From contig JAYZEM010000003.1 of the NCBI GenBank assembly GCA_036337275.1, positions 14,609 to 78,608 on the forward strand: a stretch of DNA of 64,000 bases, in the 5' to 3' direction. This DNA comes from Bacteroidota bacterium. Its GTDB lineage: Bacteria; Bacteroidota; Bacteroidia; Flavobacteriales; BACL11. Of the stretch, positions 47,170-59,229 are shown piece by piece. Numbering within the stretch: position 1 is the first letter of the stretch; each line of letters begins with the position of its first letter. Both the position numbers and the translations under genes were made by a program. The notes below the pieces were generated by a model. The model saw only the letters and a list, made by a program, of their open reading frames with translations, made no database searches and had not been told where the DNA came from.

Positions 47170-48822
47170 TTATTGATTTAATAACTCCCTAGCATTTTTC
47201 TTAGCTGTATTGGTTACTGATTTCCCGCTCAAAAGCTTTGCAATTTCATCTACCCTATCTTTACCTTCTAATTGTTTTATCAGAGTATTTGTAACGCCAT
47301 CTTTTACTTTTTTATAAACCATGAAATGATGTTCTCCTTTTGCAGCGACTTGTGGAAGATGGCTAATAGCAATCAGTTGATTGCACTTACCAATTTCATG
47401 CATTATCTCCCCCATCATATTGGCAATTTCTCCAGAAACACCACTATCTATTTCATCAAAAATTAAAGTCTCTGTTTCTAAATGTTGAGCAGATTTGTAT
47501 TTAATTGCTAACATCAACCTGGACAGTTCTCCTCCAGAAATGATGCTACTTAATTGTTCAGCTTTAATACCCTTATTTGCAGAAAACAAAAAGATTACAT
47601 CATCTATTCCATTTTCGGAAAGGGAGGGCAGTTCCTTGATTTCAATGATGAAATTTGCAAAAGGTATTCCTAGTTTTTGTAAAACTGATTCTATATTTTT
47701 CTGGAGATTTATAGTAGATTTCTTTCTGTTTTTAGAGATTCTTTTGGCTAATACATTTGCTTTTTGTGCTTGATTTATTATTTGCAGTTTTAACCGCTCT
47801 GTTTCTGTATCATAATTTTCAAACTTATTTAGTTTTACCTGCAACCTTTCTTTTAATTCAATTAAGTCAGAAAGTCGGTTTTTTCTATGCTTAAGTAGTA
47901 AAGAATTAAGGGTGTCGAATCTAGAATTTAGTTGGTCTAATTGTTCTGGGTTATTTAATCTATTATCATTTAAATTATAAATATCAGTACTAATATCTTT
48001 TAATTCAATTATCGATTGATTCAATCTATTTCTAATCTCCTCTATTTTAGAATTATAATCTGAGATTTCAGAAAAATCCCTATAAAGTTCTGCAAGCAAA
48101 TCAATTACACCATTTTCTTTGTCTAAAAACTCAGTTCCTTTTTCCAAAAATACTGAAATCTTTTCAGTATTATTCAAAAGAGCTAACTGCTCTTCAATTT
48201 GCTGTAATTCCCCTTCTTTTAATTGTGCATTCTCCAGTTCCTCTAATTGAAAACTTAAAAATTCGATTTCTGAAATTGAAATACCTCTATTTTCTTCTAA
48301 TTCTTTTAATGATTTTTTAAGTTGATTTAATTGCTGAAACTCAATCTTAAACTGCTTCAACTTATCTTGATGATTGCAAAAATTATCTAACAAATTAAGT
48401 TGATGATTTGCTTGTTTTAGTGCTAAAGATTGGTGCTGAGAATGCAACTCAATCAAGCCTTCAGAGAATAATTTTAGTACTGATAAGTTTACAGGAGTAT
48501 CATTGATAAAAGCCCTGCTTTTTCCATTTGGTGTAACCTCTCTCCTTAAAATTGTTTCTTTCTCAAAATCTAGATTGTTTTCTTGAAAAAAAGAATGGTG
48601 TTTTAGTTTTTCAATCTTGAATTTTCCCTCTACAATGCACTTTTTTCTAGGATTATTCAATACAGATATATCTGCCCTTTTACCTAAAATTAATGAAAGA
48701 CCTCCAAGCATTATAGATTTTCCTGCACCTGTTTCTCCAGAAATTACATTAAAGCCTTTTTTGAAATCAACAGAAAACTCATCTATTAATGCATAATTTT
48801 TTATGTGCAGATTAACTATCAC
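47170..48822 (-). CDS. recN: DNA repair protein RecN
   Basis: GETGAGKS, SGGELSR, FDEIDSG and SHLPQVAA. Confidence 0.97.
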   Translation of the reverse strand: MIVNLHIKNYALIDEFSVDFKKGFNVISGETGAGKSIMLGGLSLILGKRADISVLNNPRKKCIVEGKFKIEKLKHHSFFQENNLDFEKETILRREVTPNGKSRAFINDTPVNLSVLKLFSEGLIELHSQHQSLALKQANHQLNLLDNFCNHQDKLKQFKIEFQQLNQLKKSLKELEENRGISISEIEFLSFQLEELENAQLKEGELQQIEEQLALLNNTEKISVFLEKGTEFLDKENGVIDLLAELYRDFSEISDYNSKIEEIRNRLNQSIIELKDISTDIYNLNDNRLNNPEQLDQLNSRFDTLNSLLLKHRKNRLSDLIELKERLQVKLNKFENYDTETERLKLQIINQAQKANVLAKRISKNRKKSTINLQKNIESVLQKLGIPFANFIIEIKELPSLSENGIDDVIFLFSANKGIKAEQLSSIISGGELSRLMLAIKYKSAQHLETETLIFDEIDSGVSGEIANMMGEIMHEIGKCNQLIAISHLPQVAAKGEHHFMVYKKVKDGVTNTLIKQLEGKDRVDEIAKLLSGKSVTNTAKKNARELLNQ

Positions 48823-49731
48823 CTATTTTCCCCCACTTTTTGCAGTAATCGCCTGGTACTTAGTAGAATTTACTGGGTCGATTTCAGTTAGCAACTTAAT
48901 AATTCTTGCCTGCTCATTAGGAAATGCCTCTGAATAAATCTTTATAATTTCATCTGATTTTGCGTCAAAGAATATCTTTAGAATAAAAGCAGAAGGGCTC
49001 TCACGATATATCCCTCTCAGTTCTTCCAATGCTTCTGTAATTTCATATCTCCCGTCTTCATTTTTTTCGGACATAATATCCATACCACCTCTATAATATC
49101 TGTAAAAACAACTGTGGATTTCTTCATACCTAGTATCTAACAAATCATGAACAAGCCAATATCGGTTCTTGTCGCTTTCAAAAGCTTTCCAGCCAACCTC
49201 TCTTGTGTTTTGTGCATTGTTTACAATGTTTTGTGCTTTAATGTAATAGGGTGCACCTCCATATTCTGAGAAAGTATCAAAATCAAGCCCTAAAACAATA
49301 TAGACGTAATATGCCAAAACAGAAGTTAAATTTGAAAGGTGTGTGTTTTCATTAAATTCTAAAGCTTGGTATTCTAAGTAACGGAAACGGAAATTATTAT
49401 CCAAATAATTCAGCATTGTGGATTTATAGGATGTACCATAAATAGGTCTTGTACTTTGCACTTGAATAGAAGCCTTGAATTCATCATTTGACACCCTTTC
49501 CTTAATATTAATCAGAAAAGTACATTCTATTCTTTCCTCATTTTTAATATTTGCATTGGTCCACTTAGTATTGTTTACAAACTCATAGATAGCGGTTTGC
49601 AAAGTTTGAAAGACCTTTCTGTCTGAAGTTTGAATTTGAGAAGCATTCACTTGCACATTACAGAAGATCTCTTGAGCATTTAGTTTGCAGGCAAATACAG
49701 AAACAATCAGTAATATCAGTCCTTTCTTCAT
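48823..49731 (-). CDS. porD: DUF4835 family / T9SS-associated protein PorD
   Basis: AQE..CNV.VN, EFVN..KWT, RPIYG and G.DFDTF; conserved position between coaBC and recN. Confidence 0.8.
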   Translation of the reverse strand: MKKGLILLIVSVFACKLNAQEIFCNVQVNASQIQTSDRKVFQTLQTAIYEFVNNTKWTNANIKNEERIECTFLINIKERVSNDEFKASIQVQSTRPIYGTSYKSTMLNYLDNNFRFRYLEYQALEFNENTHLSNLTSVLAYYVYIVLGLDFDTFSEYGGAPYYIKAQNIVNNAQNTREVGWKAFESDKNRYWLVHDLLDTRYEEIHSCFYRYYRGGMDIMSEKNEDGRYEITEALEELRGIYRESPSAFILKIFFDAKSDEIIKIYSEAFPNEQARIIKLLTEIDPVNSTKYQAITAKSGGK

Positions 49732-50927
49732 TTTATCTTTTCTATAATTTTTGAGAAAATATCTTTTGCAACCTCCGATTTATCTTTCAACCCATACGCC
49801 TCTATTTTATTTTCTTTTTCAATAATAGTAATTTTATTAGTATCGTGTCCAAATCCTGCACCTTTATCATTCAAAGAATTAAGCACAATCATATCTAGAT
49901 TTTTATTTTGGAGTTTTACTCTTGCATTTTCTACCTCATTTTCAGTTTCTAGTGCAAAGCCAACTAAAAATTGATTACTACTTTTTATTTTTCCTACTTC
50001 AAGCAAGATATCCTTTGTTTTTGTAAGAGATATATTCCAAATTCCATTTGATTTTTTTACTTTTTCGCTTTCAACTAATACTGATTTGAAATCTGAAACT
50101 GCTGCTGAGAATATACCAATATCAGTATTTTGAAAATGTTGCTGCACCTTATCAAACATCTCGCCTGCTGTTTTCACATCTATTTGCGAAATGAGAGTGT
50201 TTTCAGTTTTTAAATTGGACGGTCCTATAATAAGTGTAACATTAGCCCCTAACTTTGCTGTCTGCTCAGCTAAATGATAACCCATTTTTCCAGAGGAATG
50301 ATTACCAATAAAACGAACAGGATCAATAGGCTCATAAGTTGGGCCTGCTGTAATCAGCACTTTCTTTTTTGTAAGCGGTAAATCAGTTGCTAAATCCTTT
50401 TGAATAAAATCAATAATATTTTCTGGTTCAGCCATACGCCCCTTTCCTATCAATCCACTAGCCAATTCACCAAATTCAGCAGGGATTAATTTGTTTCCAA
50501 AACTTTTTAATTGTGCAATATTTTGCTTTGTACTTGGATGTTTGTACATATCCAGATCCATTGCTGGCGCAAAATAAATGGGACATTTGGCTGAGAGATA
50601 AGTAGCTAACAAAAGACTGTCACATTCTCCTGATGCCATTTTAGCTATGGTTTTAGCTGTAGTAGGTGCAATAAGCATTAAATCACCCCATTGGCCTAAA
50701 TTCACATGATTATTCCAATCTTTTGTTTCGTCCTCCACCATTTTTGTAAGCACAGTGTTTTCAGAGAGAGTGGAAAGCGTAAGTGGCGTTACAAATCCTA
50801 AAGAAGCCTCTGTTTGAATTACTTTTACTTCAGCCCCTGCTTTCTTTAATTCACGAACAATAAAAGCTGATTTGTAAGCAGCAATACTGGCAGTAACACC
50901 TAATATTACTTTTTTGTCTTTAAGCAT
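49728..50927 (-). CDS. coaBC: Phosphopantothenoylcysteine decarboxylase/synthetase
   Basis: SIAAYK, PAMD, TAGPT.E.IDPVRFIGN.SSGKMG and GFALET; start set to 50927. Confidence 0.96.
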   Translation of the reverse strand: MLKDKKVILGVTASIAAYKSAFIVRELKKAGAEVKVIQTEASLGFVTPLTLSTLSENTVLTKMVEDETKDWNNHVNLGQWGDLMLIAPTTAKTIAKMASGECDSLLLATYLSAKCPIYFAPAMDLDMYKHPSTKQNIAQLKSFGNKLIPAEFGELASGLIGKGRMAEPENIIDFIQKDLATDLPLTKKKVLITAGPTYEPIDPVRFIGNHSSGKMGYHLAEQTAKLGANVTLIIGPSNLKTENTLISQIDVKTAGEMFDKVQQHFQNTDIGIFSAAVSDFKSVLVESEKVKKSNGIWNISLTKTKDILLEVGKIKSSNQFLVGFALETENEVENARVKLQNKNLDMIVLNSLNDKGAGFGHDTNKITIIEKENKIEAYGLKDKSEVAKDIFSKIIEKIK

Positions 50928-51279
50928 CTTTTTCTGCTGAAGAAGTACTTTTATCATCTTCCTCTTGTTCGACTTCTCTTACGTACACTTCATCTTCTAA
51001 TAGTTCTTTTACTGCAATTGCCCATGGTTTTGGTAATCTTTCGTAAAATTTTGACACCTCAATTTGTTCAGAGTTCTCAAATACTTCTTCCAATTCGTCA
51101 GTATGGGTTGCAAACTCATTGAGTTTTGCTAAAAGTTCGGTTTTCATCCTTTCATTTATCTGCTCACTTCTTTTCACCAATATAGCTAAGGATTGATAAA
51201 CATTTCCTGTTTTTTCAACAATTTCTTTTACATCTCTAGTAATTGTTGTTTGTTCTGCTCCTGTTTTTTTGAATTTCAT
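50920..51279 (-). CDS. rpoZ: RNA polymerase omega subunit (Bacteroidota type)
   Basis: TGNVY, EEVFEN.EQIEVSKFYE.LPKP; synteny bamD-rpoZ-coaBC. Confidence 0.88.
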   Translation of the reverse strand: MKFKKTGAEQTTITRDVKEIVEKTGNVYQSLAILVKRSEQINERMKTELLAKLNEFATHTDELEEVFENSEQIEVSKFYERLPKPWAIAVKELLEDEVYVREVEQEEDDKSTSSAEKDA

Positions 51280-51281
51280 AA

Positions 51282-52079
51282 TTAAGATTTTTTTAGTGAT
51301 TCTATTAATTTTAACGTTTTTTGTTGTGTGTTTTGCGCTGCTTTCAAAAGCTTACTTTCTGGATATCTATCTTCAAATTCATTATATGCATCAATTGTAT
51401 TTCCCAATCGTTCTGCTTTTTTGTTGCTAATGCTATTTTTAGCTAATTCGAAAGAAGATTCAATAATCAAAAAATAAATTTCTTCTTCATACTTGCTACC
51501 AGGAAAATCAACCAATACATCTTTAAGTGCGATAATTGCTGACTTATGATACTCAGTAACGTAATATTGTTTGGCATTGTGGAACGCCTTCTTAGCTAAC
51601 TTCTCTCTTAACTCATCTATTAATTGATTGCATCTTGCAACTCGGTCACTTTTTGGATACAAATTGATAAAAAGTTGAAGATGATTGATGGCTTTATAAG
51701 TATTTTTACTATCTAGTTTATAGATTGGCGACAATAAATAATAGCAATAAGCTGAAATATATTGACATTCTTCTGTGTGTTTACTATTTGGGTAAGTTTG
51801 CGCGTAAGTTTCAAACAAATATGTTGCCATCAAATACTCTCCTAAGGAGTAATGACAATAAGCATAGTAATAATTCACTTCTTCTGCCTTTGCGGATCCC
51901 CTGAAAATAGTAGAAAGTTCTTCTAATAGAGGGAGTGCTCTATTGTAATCATCGTTCTCATAATACATTACGGCTTTTTCAAATTTGAAATTAAGGTCAG
52001 GGCTTTTTAGTATTTTTTGATACTTACTGCAGGATGCAAAAAGCAACAAAAATAATATAGGTAAAAATATTTTTTTCAT
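51282..52079 (-). CDS. bamD: Outer membrane assembly lipoprotein BamD
   Basis: FASC lipobox; TPRs; YQKILKS.D. Confidence 0.9.
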   Translation of the reverse strand: MKKIFLPILFLLLFASCSKYQKILKSPDLNFKFEKAVMYYENDDYNRALPLLEELSTIFRGSAKAEEVNYYYAYCHYSLGEYLMATYLFETYAQTYPNSKHTEECQYISAYCYYLLSPIYKLDSKNTYKAINHLQLFINLYPKSDRVARCNQLIDELREKLAKKAFHNAKQYYVTEYHKSAIIALKDVLVDFPGSKYEEEIYFLIIESSFELAKNSISNKKAERLGNTIDAYNEFEDRYPESKLLKAAQNTQQKTLKLIESLKKS

Positions 52080-52201
52080 TATTTAATTAAAAGAGTCGGT
52101 AAAAATAAAACTAATAACTGGTCTTTGCAAAATTATTTTTCTATTCTTAATTTGCTATAGTATGCATAACAAAACAAAAAATATTTAATATTATTGCAGT
52201 C

Positions 52202-53452
52202 ATGGATATTTTTGAAAGAATAAGACAAAACAGAGGGCCTTTAGGTAAGTACGCAAAGAGAGCACACGGCTATTTTTCTTACCCTGTACTGGAAGGAGAA
52301 ATTGCTAATAGAATGACTTTTAGAGGAAAGAAAGTTCTGGTGTGGAGTATAAATAATTATATAGGATTAAGCAATCATCCTGAGGTGAGAAAAATAGATG
52401 AAGAAAGTACTAAAAATTGGGGTTTAGGTACGCCTATGGGCGCTCGAATGATGTCTGGAAACACTTCCACTCATGAAAAACTAGAAGCTCAGCTTTCTAA
52501 TTTTATGCAGAAGGAGGATACTATTTTGTTGAACTTTGGCTATCAAGGTATGCTTTCTGCTATTGACGCTTTGGTAGATCGGCAAGATGTAATTGTGTAT
52601 GATGCAGAATGTCATGCCTGTATATTAGATGGCGTACGATTGCATGCGGGAAAACGATTTGTATTTCAGCATAATGATATTAAAGGTTTTGAAAAACAAT
52701 TACAAAGAGCCCAATCACTGACAGCAAAAAGTGGTGGTGGAATTTTGGTAATTACTGAAGGTGTTTTTGGAATGTCTGGCGATTTAGGGAAATTGAAAGA
52801 AATCACTGATTTAAAGCAAAAATATGAATTCCGATTATTTGTAGATGATGCTCATGGGTTTGGTACAATGGGCGAAAAAGGTATTGGCGTAGGAGAACAT
52901 TTAAATTGCCAGAAGGAAATTGATGTACTATTCTGCACTTTTGCAAAATCAATGGCTAGTATAGGGGCTTTTATTAGTTCAACTCGTGATGTTGTAGAAT
53001 TCTTAAAGTACAATATGCGATCACAAGTTTTTGCTAAATCATTGCCTATGCCTCTTGTTGAAGGTGCAATTAAAAGATTGGAATTACTTATCAATCAGCC
53101 TCAACTCAAATCTAAACTTTGGGAAATTGCAAATGCACTGCAAAAGGGCTTGCAAGATGCTGGTTTTTCTCTTGGAAAAACCCAATCAGCAATTACGCCT
53201 GTTTATTTAAATGGTGATGTAACAGAGGCAACTAACTTAAGTTATGATTTAAGAGAGAATTATGACATCTTTTGTTCGGTTGTAACTTATCCAGTAGTTG
53301 CAAAAGGTACTATTTTATTGAGATTGATTCCTACTGCCACCCATACATTAGAAGATGTAAATCAAACGATCAATGCTTTTAAATCTATCAAGGGTAAATT
53401 AGAAAGTAGAGCATATGTTGCTGATGTTATGATTGACACTAAAGAACGGTAA
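52202..53452 (+). CDS. PLP-dependent alpha-oxoamine synthase, probably a cysteate-C-fatty acyltransferase (capnine/sulfonolipid pathway)
   Basis: NNYIGL, GARMMSG, DDAHG and TFAKS (PLP Lys). Confidence 0.75.
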   Translation: MDIFERIRQNRGPLGKYAKRAHGYFSYPVLEGEIANRMTFRGKKVLVWSINNYIGLSNHPEVRKIDEESTKNWGLGTPMGARMMSGNTSTHEKLEAQLSNFMQKEDTILLNFGYQGMLSAIDALVDRQDVIVYDAECHACILDGVRLHAGKRFVFQHNDIKGFEKQLQRAQSLTAKSGGGILVITEGVFGMSGDLGKLKEITDLKQKYEFRLFVDDAHGFGTMGEKGIGVGEHLNCQKEIDVLFCTFAKSMASIGAFISSTRDVVEFLKYNMRSQVFAKSLPMPLVEGAIKRLELLINQPQLKSKLWEIANALQKGLQDAGFSLGKTQSAITPVYLNGDVTEATNLSYDLRENYDIFCSVVTYPVVAKGTILLRLIPTATHTLEDVNQTINAFKSIKGKLESRAYVADVMIDTKER

Positions 53453-54311
53453 ACGCTTTAAGTTGATCATAAGTTTTTTTAGTCGCCTTTACAAGAGGTG
53501 GTCTTAAAATATTTTTACAAATTCCTAAAATGGAAAGAGTAGCTTTAATTCCAGCAGGATTTCCATCTGCATACAATGGACTGTAAATTGGATTAAGTTT
53601 TTCGTCTAACTGATTTGCGTCTTCAAACACTCCATTTAATCCCGCATTTACCATTGCAGTAAATTCTTTTGGGTGCGATTGCCCAATTACGGAAATCACC
53701 CCATCTCCTCCCATTTCTATCATTTTAGAAGTAAGCCCATCATCACCAGAAAGCACTAAAAAGTCATTAGGTCTTTTTTTGATTATTTTTTCAATTTGAT
53801 TCAAATCTCCTGAAGCCTCTTTTATTGCAACTATGTTTTCAAAATCATTTGCCAGACGTAAAGTCGTTTCTACTGTTATATTTGATGCAGTCCTTCCTGG
53901 AACATTGTACACTATCAATGGTAAAGGACTTGCCTGAGACAACATTTTGTAATGCATATAAATACCCTCTTGTGTGGGTTTATTGTAATAAGGAGAAACG
54001 GAAAGAATAGCGTCAATTCCTTCAAAATTAGCAGTTTCTAATTCTTCAACTAATGCAAGTGTATTGTTTCCGCCAACCCCCTGAACAATTGGCAATCTTC
54101 CATTATTGATTTTCTTACAAAAATCAACTACTTGCTTTTTCTCATTTTTTGAAAGCACTGCACTCTCACCTGTTGTTCCTAGAACAACCAAATAATCTAC
54201 CCCACCAACAATAGCATGGTTAATTAATTCTTTCAAACTTGTAAAGTCAATTGAAAAATCTTCATTAAATGGCGTAATGAGTGCTATTCCCGTTCCTTTT
54301 ATTTTGTTCAT
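53439..54311 (-). CDS. dapA: 4-hydroxy-tetrahydrodipicolinate synthase
   Basis: LGTTGE, YNVPGRT and IKEASG. Confidence 0.97.
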   Translation of the reverse strand: MNKIKGTGIALITPFNEDFSIDFTSLKELINHAIVGGVDYLVVLGTTGESAVLSKNEKKQVVDFCKKINNGRLPIVQGVGGNNTLALVEELETANFEGIDAILSVSPYYNKPTQEGIYMHYKMLSQASPLPLIVYNVPGRTASNITVETTLRLANDFENIVAIKEASGDLNQIEKIIKKRPNDFLVLSGDDGLTSKMIEMGGDGVISVIGQSHPKEFTAMVNAGLNGVFEDANQLDEKLNPIYSPLYADGNPAGIKATLSILGICKNILRPPLVKATKKTYDQLKAFTVL

Positions 54312-54313
54312 TT

Positions 54314-54855
54314 TTATTTATTTATCAAATTCAAATAGTGCTTTATTTCTTCCATTAAACGCTCTTCTCTTTTTTCTTTACCTAATTTAATCATCAAATC
54401 ATAAATTTCGTACCCTTCCTCAAATCGTCCTATTTTAAAATGCGCCAGGCTACTTGCAACCAAATACTTTATTGGAATACAATTGCTGTCAGATAAATTG
54501 ATAAGAATATCATACTCTTTTTTTACAAAATTATTTATGATATAGTTTTGAGGTTTGTAATACCAATTCAAATCTTTGAGATAGAAAAAGTCATAATTTA
54601 ACTTTGGAATATGACAATTATCTAATCTCTTTTTGTTGACATAACCTAATGCCTTCACATCTTTTTTAAGCTCAAAAAAATATTTTACAAAAGGTTCAAT
54701 CTTTTTGACTTGATTGGCATTAGTTGCCTCATACAAAATCCCAATTGATTTTGCATTTTCCAAATTGCTTACCGCCTTAGTTCTTTTATTGGATTTTAGT
54801 TCCTTTTGAAATACCCATCTCCCAAACTTATGTTTTATATCCTCAATGAATTGCA

Positions 54856-54856
<1 letters not shown>
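54314..54856 (-). CDS. Conserved hypothetical protein (DUF6913-like)
   Basis: KDLNW..KP, YDILIN and S.A.FKIG; usual position between ligA and dapA. Confidence 0.75.
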
Positions 54857-56847
<1,991 letters not shown>

Positions 56848-57306
56848 CTATTTTTGATACGGAAGATGAGAATCGTGTAAAATCATTTTAAGGATTCCAT
56901 CTATCTTCCTTAAAACTATGGTGTATTCTACTTTCAGATCTTCTTCACTTTCCATTCCAAAAAAATAATTTCCCATACAAATAGCACAATCCCCCATTAT
57001 TTTAATTCCTGCATTTTCCCATATTACGCTATTCCATCCTTTTATGGCAAAACCACCATCTTCTGAAAAATCTGAATTTCCACCAACAAAATAAGAAAGA
57101 GCCATCACCCTATCTAATCGGAACTGAGTGTCTGCAGCAAAAGTCGGCTTAAAAAGAACTTCTTCAAATTCGTAAGCATATAATCTAGCTATAAACTCTT
57201 TTGCCTCTTCCTTATAATCCCCACCATTTTTAAAGGTAGCACTCATACTAATTATACCATTTCCCCAATCTTCTTGAAACTGTAAAACTTCTTCATTTGT
57301 TATCAT
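56848..57306 (-). CDS. COG4337-type (iota-class carbonic anhydrase-like) NTF2-fold protein
   Basis: EV...Q..WG, VLFKPT, ALSYFVGG, EDGGFA..W, MGNYFF and LHDSHLPY. Confidence 0.8.
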   Translation of the reverse strand: MITNEEVLQFQEDWGNGIISMSATFKNGGDYKEEAKEFIARLYAYEFEEVLFKPTFAADTQFRLDRVMALSYFVGGNSDFSEDGGFAIKGWNSVIWENAGIKIMGDCAICMGNYFFGMESEEDLKVEYTIVLRKIDGILKMILHDSHLPYQK

Positions 57307-57335
57307 TCTATTCTAAATTTAAAATCCAAAAATAA

Positions 57336-58169
57336 CTAATTCCACATTGCTTTTATCATTCTATCTTTATCGTTTATATCTTTTTTTAACTCGATATCAA
57401 CAAATCCTATTTCCTCTAACAACCATATTATTTCTTTATCATATTTTTCATTTATTTCAAAGAATAATTTACCGTTACAATTTAAGGATTTTGCTGCTAA
57501 CTGCCCAATCTTTCTGTAAAAAAAAAGGGGGTCATTATCAGGTACAAAAAGGGCTAAATGGGGTTCAAAATCTACAACATTCTTTTTCATCTGATCTTGC
57601 TCAGATTCTAGTATATAAGGAGGATTGCTTACAATTACATCGACTTTTGGTAATTCAGTAGTTTTAAAAATATCTTGCTGAATAAACTCAATATCAACTC
57701 CATGTGCTTTCGCATTCTGTTTGGTAATATTTATAGCTTCTTCCGAAACATCCATTGCAGAAATCTTAGCGTTTGATTTCTTTGCAAGAACAACAGAAAT
57801 ACACCCACTACCAGTCCCGATATCGAGTAAAGAACTAAACTCTTCTTGCAAAATCCAGTCCACCAATTCTTCTGTTTCAGGTCTTGGAATTAAAGTATGT
57901 TCATTTACTTTAAACTTTAACCCATAAAACTCAGTCTCTCCTAAAATATATTGTAATGGCTTATTTGTTTTTAAACTATCAACAATACGTTTAAACCTAT
58001 CAGAAACTTCTTTAGAAAGGTTCCTGTTTGCATTTATAATACAATCTGAACGATTATAACCCAATAGGTATTCAATGCTAATATAAGCCCATGAAACAAT
58101 CTCTCCTTCTTGCGCTATACCTCTAAGTTCATTTTTAAAATACCCAAGAATATTACTGACTCTTTCCAC
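57336..58169 (-). CDS. prmC: Release factor glutamine methyltransferase
   Basis: PLQYILG, LIPRPETEE, DIGTGSG and NPPY. Confidence 0.96.
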   Translation of the reverse strand: MERVSNILGYFKNELRGIAQEGEIVSWAYISIEYLLGYNRSDCIINANRNLSKEVSDRFKRIVDSLKTNKPLQYILGETEFYGLKFKVNEHTLIPRPETEELVDWILQEEFSSLLDIGTGSGCISVVLAKKSNAKISAMDVSEEAINITKQNAKAHGVDIEFIQQDIFKTTELPKVDVIVSNPPYILESEQDQMKKNVVDFEPHLALFVPDNDPLFFYRKIGQLAAKSLNCNGKLFFEINEKYDKEIIWLLEEIGFVDIELKKDINDKDRMIKAMWN

Positions 58170-58203
58170 ACAACAAATGTATTCAATTTACTATTTTTGG
58201 GCT

Positions 58204-59229
58204 GTGCAAAATCAGGAGTTTTTTATGAAAAGATGTTTGGAGTTAGCAAGCAAAGGAATTGCTAATACATCCCCAAACCCAATGGTTGGCGCTGTCATTG
58301 TTTATAATGGTGGGATTATTGGAGAAGGATATCATGAAAAATATGGTTCTCCTCATGCTGAAGTAAATGCTATTAATAGCGTAAAAGACAGAAATTTACT
58401 TTCAAAATCTACATTGTATGTAAATCTAGAACCCTGTTCTCATTTCGGAAAAACTCCTCCTTGTTCGGACTTAATTATTAAACATAAAATCCCAAAAGTT
58501 GTAATTGGATGTGTAGATACCTTCTCTGAAGTTTCTAGGGAAGGAATTGAAAAAATAAAGTATGCAGGAATTGATGTAATGGTTGGAGTGAGGGAAAAAG
58601 AGTGTAGAGAATTAAATAAACGATTCTTTACTTTTCATGAAAAGAAAAGACCTTATATTATCTTAAAGTGGGCGGAAAGTAAAGATGGGTTTATAGCTCC
58701 AAAAAACCAAACTAAAGCCTTTTGGATGAGTTCTAATGAATCAAAGAAATTAGTACACAAATGGAGAGCGGAAGAAGACGCTATTTTAGTAGGTAGAATA
58801 ACAGCTGAAAAAGATAATCCTTCTCTAACTGTTCGTGAGGTTGATGGACAAAATCCTACCAGAATTGTAATAGATAAAAACCTACAACTTTCAAGAAATT
58901 TGAATTTGTTTAATAATGAAGCGAAAACCATAATTTTTAACCAAATAAAAGATGAAGAAAACAGTTCAGATACTTTTGTAAAAGTAAATTTTAAGTTTTT
59001 GGTAAAAAACATCTTACATTATTTACATAAACAAAATATTCAATCTCTAATTATTGAGGGAGGAAGCAAAACTTTACAATCTTTTATTAAGAAGAACATC
59101 TGGGATGAAGCTCGTGTTTTTACGACTAAAAGAGCGTTAAAAGATGGTGTAAAAGCAGTAGAAATAAAAGGAGAAATTGTCTCAGAAGAAGAAATAGGAT
59201 GTGATGTATTAGAAATAATATACAGATGA
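58204..59229 (+). CDS. ribD: Riboflavin biosynthesis deaminase/reductase
   Basis: PNPMVG, HAE, LEPC.H.GKTPPC and IEGG; start probably GTG 58204 (track gives 58177). Confidence 0.96.
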   Translation: MQNQEFFMKRCLELASKGIANTSPNPMVGAVIVYNGGIIGEGYHEKYGSPHAEVNAINSVKDRNLLSKSTLYVNLEPCSHFGKTPPCSDLIIKHKIPKVVIGCVDTFSEVSREGIEKIKYAGIDVMVGVREKECRELNKRFFTFHEKKRPYIILKWAESKDGFIAPKNQTKAFWMSSNESKKLVHKWRAEEDAILVGRITAEKDNPSLTVREVDGQNPTRIVIDKNLQLSRNLNLFNNEAKTIIFNQIKDEENSSDTFVKVNFKFLVKNILHYLHKQNIQSLIIEGGSKTLQSFIKKNIWDEARVFTTKRALKDGVKAVEIKGEIVSEEEIGCDVLEIIYR

